The position numbers were made by a program, and so were the translations under genes. From NCBI GenBank assembly GCA_965221695.1, contig OZ244905.1, positions 1,696,001 through 1,760,000 on the forward strand: a stretch of 64,000 nt of DNA, in the 5' to 3' direction. The notes beneath the pieces are model-generated. The model saw nothing but the letters and a program-made list of their open reading frames with translations. It did not search any database and was not told the origin of the DNA. The stretch is from Gammaproteobacteria bacterium (GTDB taxonomy: Bacteria; Pseudomonadota; Gammaproteobacteria; Eutrophobiales; Eutrophobiaceae). Of this stretch, positions 58,710-64,000 are shown piece by piece. How positions within the stretch are numbered: the first letter of the stretch is position 1; every line of letters begins with the position of its first letter.

Positions 58710-60410
58710 ATGGACATGAACAGCGCTGGTCAGGCCAGCGAGACAAAACGCCGATCACGCGTAATTCGTGCGCCCCGCGGCCCGGAACTCTCGGCAAAAT
58801 GCTGGCAGACCGAAGCGCCGCTGAGAATGATTATGAATAACCTGGATCCGGATGTGGCCGAACGCCCGGAAGACCTGGTTGTATATGGAGGCATCGGTAA
58901 AGCAGCCCGTAACTGGGCCTGTTTTGACAGGATCATCGATACATTGAGGGAACTTAACCGGGACGAGACCCTTCTGATCCAGTCTGGCAAGCCGGTCGGT
59001 GTGGTCAAAACCCATGCCGATGCGCCGCGGGTGCTGATCGCCAACTCCAACCTGGTGCCGGCCTGGGCCAACTGGGATCACTTCAATGAACTGGACCGCA
59101 AGGGACTGATGATGTTCGGGCAAATGACGGCCGGGTCCTGGATCTATATCGCCAGCCAGGGAATTGTCCAGGGCACTTACGAAACCTTCGTGGAAATGGG
59201 AAGGCAACACTATAACGGTGAACTAAAGGGAAAGTGGATACTGTCTGCGGGCCTGGGTGGAATGGGCGGCGCGCAGCCGCTTGCCGCCGTCATGGCCGGC
59301 GCCTCGATTTGTGTTGTCGAATGCCAGGAAAGCCGAATCGACTTCAGGTTGCGCACCGGCTATCTCGATAAAAAGGCGACGACCCTTAAGGAGACAATGG
59401 ATATTCTGAAATACGCAGTTCACAAAGGCCGGGCAGTGTCTGTCGGCCTGGTGGGTAACGCTGCCGAGATCCTACCTGAAATGGTCAAACAGGGCATCCG
59501 GCCGGATGCCGTAACCGACCAGACCTCCGCGCATGATCCGGTGAACGGATACCTGCCCATTGGCTGGTCGGTTGATGACTGGGAAACTCGACGACGCAGT
59601 GACCCAGCCAGGGTGGCAACCGAGGCCAAACGGTCCATAGCCGCACATGTCAAAGCCATGCTGGAGTTCCGAAAATACGGTATTCCCGTATTCGATTACG
59701 GAAACAACATCCGCCAAGTGGCAAAAGATGAAGGTGTTGATAACGCGTTTGACTTCCCGGGGTTCGTGCCGGCCTATATCCGGCCGTTATTTTGCCGGGG
59801 TGTGGGGCCATTCCGCTGGGTCGCCCTGTCCGGCGACCCGGATGATATTTTCAAGACTGATCGAAAGGTCAGGGAACTCATTCCGGATGATCGGCGCTTG
59901 CATAGTTGGCTTGAAATGGCGCAGCAACGCATTCAGTTCCAGGGACTGCCGGCCCGCATCTGCTGGGTTGGTCTGGGACAGCGGCATCGGCTCGGTCTTG
60001 CATTTAATGAAATGGTAAAAACCGGGGAGCTGGCCGGTCCGATTGTCATCGGCCGGGATCACCTGGATTCCGGTTCTGTCGCCAGTCCCAACCGGGAAAC
60101 CGAGGCCATGAGAGACGGCTCCGATGCCGTTGCCGACTGGCCGTTGTTGAATGCCCTGGTGAACACCGCGAGCGGGGCCACCTGGGTATCGATACATCAT
60201 GGCGGCGGCGTGGGCATGGGCTATTCGATTCACGCCGGTCTGGTTGTAGTCTGTGACGGTACCGACGACGCCGCGCAACGTATCGAACGGGTGTTATGGA
60301 ATGACCCGGCCAGCGGCGTCATCCGGCATGCCGACGCCGGTTACGGAATGGCGATCGATTGTGCGAAACAACACGGGTTGTCATTACCTATGCTCGGGCA
60401 TGCGACATAG
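58710..60410 (+). CDS. hutU: Urocanate hydratase
   Basis: [42 protein letters not shown]; GGAGG RBS. Confidence 0.97.
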   Translation: MDMNSAGQASETKRRSRVIRAPRGPELSAKCWQTEAPLRMIMNNLDPDVAERPEDLVVYGGIGKAARNWACFDRIIDTLRELNRDETLLIQSGKPVGVVKTHADAPRVLIANSNLVPAWANWDHFNELDRKGLMMFGQMTAGSWIYIASQGIVQGTYETFVEMGRQHYNGELKGKWILSAGLGGMGGAQPLAAVMAGASICVVECQESRIDFRLRTGYLDKKATTLKETMDILKYAVHKGRAVSVGLVGNAAEILPEMVKQGIRPDAVTDQTSAHDPVNGYLPIGWSVDDWETRRRSDPARVATEAKRSIAAHVKAMLEFRKYGIPVFDYGNNIRQVAKDEGVDNAFDFPGFVPAYIRPLFCRGVGPFRWVALSGDPDDIFKTDRKVRELIPDDRRLHSWLEMAQQRIQFQGLPARICWVGLGQRHRLGLAFNEMVKTGELAGPIVIGRDHLDSGSVASPNRETEAMRDGSDAVADWPLLNALVNTASGATWVSIHHGGGVGMGYSIHAGLVVVCDGTDDAAQRIERVLWNDPASGVIRHADAGYGMAIDCAKQHGLSLPMLGHAT

Positions 60411-61949
60411 ATGGATAAACTGAAACTTGATCCTGGGGCAGGCAACACACCGTTATCGCTGTTGAGAAGCATTGCTTCCAACCCGGCTGAGGTGGAACTG
60501 CGAAGTTCAACCTATAAAGCCATAGACAGGTCAAGCAAAACGGTTGCAGATTTATGCGCATCTGACCTGGCGGTCTACGGCATTAACACAGGATTCGGAA
60601 AACTGTCCCAAACTCCGATAAGCGCCGACAAACTGGCCGTTCTTCAACATAACCTGTTGCTGTCGCACAGCGCCGGGACGGGACCGTTACTGGGTGATAA
60701 TATTGTGCGTCTGATCATGCTGTTGAAGGTCCTTGGTCTGGCCAGGGGTTATTCGGGAGTGCGTCGTCAGGTCATCGATGCGCTGGTGGCATTGATTAAC
60801 CATCAAGTGTATCCGTGCATTCCCGAAAAAGGTTCGGTCGGGGCATCGGGAGACCTGGCTCCGCTGGCCCATTTGGGCACTGCATTAACCGGCACAGGTG
60901 AAATGCGCCACAAGGATGTAACTGTCAGCGCGTTGGACGGACTCAGCCTCGCGGGTCTGTCTCCGCTGACACTGGCGCCCAAGGAAGGACTTGCCCTGAT
61001 TAACGGGACGCAGGCGTCTACCGCGATTGCGCTCTATCATTTCTTTGAAATTGAAAACCTGTTTGCCGCCGCAATGGTAACCGGTTCGCTTTCAGTTGAT
61101 GCAATGAAAGGGAGTGATACGCCCTTCGACCCCCGCATCCATGAATTACGCGGTCACCAGGGTCAGATCGATGTCGCAAAAATCTATACCAGGCTGTTGT
61201 CAGGCAGCGAAATACGCGCATCACACGTAAATTGTGAAAAAGTGCAGGATCCCTATTCACTTCGCTGCCAGCCCCAAGTAATGGGCGCGGTTCTGGACAA
61301 CATGAGATTCGCGGCCGGCGTGCTGCAGACAGAGGCAAATGCTGTCACCGATAACCCGTTGATTTTCGGCGATACCGGCGAAGCACTGTCGGGTGGGAAT
61401 TTTCATGCCGAACCCGTCGCGCTTGTCGCTGACTTGCTGGCTATTGCCGCCGCGGAGATCGGCGCCATCACGGAGCGAAGAATTGCCAACCTGGTTGACC
61501 CGGCGCTGAGCTTGCTGCCGGCGTTTCTGGTCGATGAACCGGGCCTGAACTCGGGCTTCATGGCCGCACAGGTAACCGCTTCAGCGCTTGCGTCGGAAAA
61601 CAAGACGCTGGCGCATCCGGCCAGCGTGGACAGCCTGCCAACCTCGGCCAACCAGGAGGACCATGTATCGATGGCGACGTTTGCCGCCAGAAAACTGGCT
61701 GGCATTTCCGATAATATTGCCGGGATCGTCGCGATTGAATTTCTGGCGAGCGCGCAGGCGATCGAGTTTCACAGCCCCTGGAAAACCTCTGAACCGCTTC
61801 AGTCAGCAGTATCCAAACTCAGGGCGAGAGTCCCTCGTTACCGCGCGGATCGCTATTTTTCACCGGATATAAAAGCGGCCAAAAAAATTATCACCTCTCG
61901 GGATTTCGCAGATAACATCATTGATATCATGCCGAGCTATGCCGGATAG
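60411..61949 (+). CDS. hutH: Histidine ammonia-lyase
   Basis: YGINTGFG, GSVGASGDLAPL (MIO), VQDPYSLRC, QEDHVSM. Confidence 0.97.
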   Translation: MDKLKLDPGAGNTPLSLLRSIASNPAEVELRSSTYKAIDRSSKTVADLCASDLAVYGINTGFGKLSQTPISADKLAVLQHNLLLSHSAGTGPLLGDNIVRLIMLLKVLGLARGYSGVRRQVIDALVALINHQVYPCIPEKGSVGASGDLAPLAHLGTALTGTGEMRHKDVTVSALDGLSLAGLSPLTLAPKEGLALINGTQASTAIALYHFFEIENLFAAAMVTGSLSVDAMKGSDTPFDPRIHELRGHQGQIDVAKIYTRLLSGSEIRASHVNCEKVQDPYSLRCQPQVMGAVLDNMRFAAGVLQTEANAVTDNPLIFGDTGEALSGGNFHAEPVALVADLLAIAAAEIGAITERRIANLVDPALSLLPAFLVDEPGLNSGFMAAQVTASALASENKTLAHPASVDSLPTSANQEDHVSMATFAARKLAGISDNIAGIVAIEFLASAQAIEFHSPWKTSEPLQSAVSKLRARVPRYRADRYFSPDIKAAKKIITSRDFADNIIDIMPSYAG

Positions 61950-62718
61950 TTTTGAGTATCGCCGGGGGGATGGTCCGATACTTGTCAGCTTTCCCCATGA
62001 TGGCACGGATTTCCCCACCCATATAAAACCTGCGCTAAACGAGATTGGCCTGAAAAACACGGATTGTGACTGGTACATATACGATCTGTATAACAGGATT
62101 CTGGTGCCGGAGAACAGCTACATCAGGGCAAGATATTCCCGCTATGTCGCCGATTTGAATCGCTCGCCGGACGGTGAATTGTTGTATCCCGGTAACATGG
62201 AGACGGGAATTTGCCCGCTGACGACCTTTGACCGGATTCCAATCTATCTGCCCGGGAAACAACCCGATGCGCTGGAAATACGGGAGCGAATAAAGAGCTA
62301 CTGGCATCCGTATCACAACCACATTCAGGCGGAATTAAATCGTATCAAGGACAAGCATGGCTATGCGATTCTTTGGGATGCCCACTCCATTCGCGGAAAA
62401 GCGCCGCAATTGTTTGATGGCGTATTGCCTGATTTGAATTTCGGCACAGATGAAGGCCGTTCATGCGACAAGGAAATCATCGCACCCATTATTGAATATG
62501 CCTCCAATTCATCTGATTACAGTATAACGCTAAACGGACGATTTAAAGGTGGATACATTACCCGGCGCTACGGTGACCCCAAGAATTCTATTCACGCGAT
62601 CCAACTGGAAATCAACCAGAGCAACTATCTTGAAGACTCGAAAGAAGCGATAAAAGACGACAAAAAGATACAACAGCTATCCCGATTGTTACACTCCATG
62701 TTTCGATTACTCAGGTAG
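61939..62718 (+). CDS. hutG: N-formylglutamate deformylase
   Basis: VSFPHDG, SRYVADLNR, YWHPYH, WDAHSI, GRFKGGYITR, HAIQLE. Confidence 0.92.
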   Translation: MPDSFEYRRGDGPILVSFPHDGTDFPTHIKPALNEIGLKNTDCDWYIYDLYNRILVPENSYIRARYSRYVADLNRSPDGELLYPGNMETGICPLTTFDRIPIYLPGKQPDALEIRERIKSYWHPYHNHIQAELNRIKDKHGYAILWDAHSIRGKAPQLFDGVLPDLNFGTDEGRSCDKEIIAPIIEYASNSSDYSITLNGRFKGGYITRRYGDPKNSIHAIQLEINQSNYLEDSKEAIKDDKKIQQLSRLLHSMFRLLR

Positions 62719-62731
62719 TCTGACACAATAA

Positions 62732-64000
62732 TCAAAAATTCCAGCGCGCCTGCAGGTAGAGCTGCCGTCCCGGGCGCAGGATGTACATGTGCGCGCCGGC
62801 GAATGGCGCCAGGTTGTTGGTCACTGAATCGGCGGAATACGTCGCGATCCGGTCTTCATCGCCGAGGTTCTTTGCCTGTACCGAGAGTTCCCAGCGTTCG
62901 CTGAGGGGTTCTAACGCCAGTCGTCCGTTCCATATCCAGTATGAATCCTGCGCGTCAAACGGGTCCCTGTCGATTTGGAAAAGTATATCGTCGGTAAAAT
63001 TACCGTTCACGTGCACTTTCAGCCGGTGGTCTGAACCGAGGGGCATGGTAAAGTCAGCAAACAGGTTCAGGGTCCACTCGGGCGCGAAAGGCAGGGCATC
63101 GCCGTCCAGTGTCTGTCCGACCAGGAAATTGCAGTCGCCTTGGTTTGGCGGGTTGGGGCAATCGACGCCGGTGAAATTGTCAAATTCGGCATCAAGATAA
63201 CCCACAGCGCCGCCTACCCTGAGCTGCTCGCTGATTAAAATCTGCCCGTCCAGTTCGACACCGACAGAGGTCACATTGGCGTTGTCAATGTCGAAACCGC
63301 CTCGCTGTGGGCTGAACGTGATTTGCTGCATATCGTCATATTCTGTATGAAACACTGCCAGGTTGAACTGGGCGCGGTTATCCAGCAGGGTTGCCTTGAT
63401 GCCCCCTTCCACGCTGCGGCCTTCTTCCTCTTCGTACGAAATATCTTCAGGCGCCAACGCGAACGGAGTCGTGATCGAGATCGGGAAGAAATTGTAGCCG
63501 CCGGCTTTACTGCCCTTGCCGTAGGAGATATATGCCATGAGGTTGTCGGTCATATCCCACTTCAGGTTGAAGGCATAATCCACGACTTCCTCACTGCGGC
63601 CCAGAGCATAGTCAGTCAACGGAGGTAACTGATCGCGTGGGGTATCTACACCTAAAAATACAGCACGCAAGTCCGGGTCTGCAGCCGGCCCGCCCAATTG
63701 GGATATCAGTTGGTATATATCTGAGGTAAAGTCTTTATCCTCTTCCGAATAACGAACCTGTGCCGTCGCGCTCAGACGGTCATTGATATTCAGGGTGACA
63801 GAACCAAAGATGGACCAGGTTTGGACTTCCTGGTCAAGATCGAAGACCTTGTTCATCACGGCTCCTGCCGGAAACAATGGGTTGGGCGGCAACACAAGTC
63901 CCAGGCCCTGTTCCAGATGTTCTTCGGAATCCAGATAAAATGCGCCGAGTATGTATTCCAGTTGCCCGCCTGTAGGAGAGGCAATACGCGCCTCCACACT
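62732..64000 (-). CDS. TonB-dependent receptor (5'-partial)
   Basis: Beta-barrel segments, KGSKAGGYN, C-terminal RWNF. Confidence 0.88.
   Translation of the reverse strand, partial: SVEARIASPTGGQLEYILGAFYLDSEEHLEQGLGLVLPPNPLFPAGAVMNKVFDLDQEVQTWSIFGSVTLNINDRLSATAQVRYSEEDKDFTSDIYQLISQLGGPAADPDLRAVFLGVDTPRDQLPPLTDYALGRSEEVVDYAFNLKWDMTDNLMAYISYGKGSKAGGYNFFPISITTPFALAPEDISYEEEEGRSVEGGIKATLLDNRAQFNLAVFHTEYDDMQQITFSPQRGGFDIDNANVTSVGVELDGQILISEQLRVGGAVGYLDAEFDNFTGVDCPNPPNQGDCNFLVGQTLDGDALPFAPEWTLNLFADFTMPLGSDHRLKVHVNGNFTDDILFQIDRDPFDAQDSYWIWNGRLALEPLSERWELSVQAKNLGDEDRIATYSADSVTNNLAPFAGAHMYILRPGRQLYLQARWNF

Overview
Gammaproteobacterial-type chromosomal window (GC about 55%, estimated by eye). A housekeeping backbone (LMW-PTP, metF, ahcY with an SAH riboswitch, metK, RND pump, bioA, ggt, nodIJ-like ABC, recQ, a complete five-step hut pathway) is interleaved with many catabolic modules: four TonB-dependent receptors, three Cys-type sulfatases, phosphoesterases, three Rieske oxygenases, a MocD/MocE-like pair, a divergent sarcosine-oxidase-like tetramer and an HD-domain/AhpD pair. 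I saw no transposase, integrase, tRNA, rRNA or CRISPR array. The most striking non-coding signal is three dispersed repeat families. Family A has a 151-bp five-hairpin form with 4-bp target duplications, compensatory base changes and two CsrA/RsmA-consensus GGA loops, plus 27-29-bp solo forms that sit at module boundaries, including both ends of a ~16-kb block between metK and ahcY. Family B is a 239-bp MITE with CTAG/CTAA duplications. Family C is a REPIN-like family. The 42-55 kb cluster next to hut looks like an uncharacterised pathway for an N-methylated substrate. All calls are from motif recognition by eye; no database searches were run.
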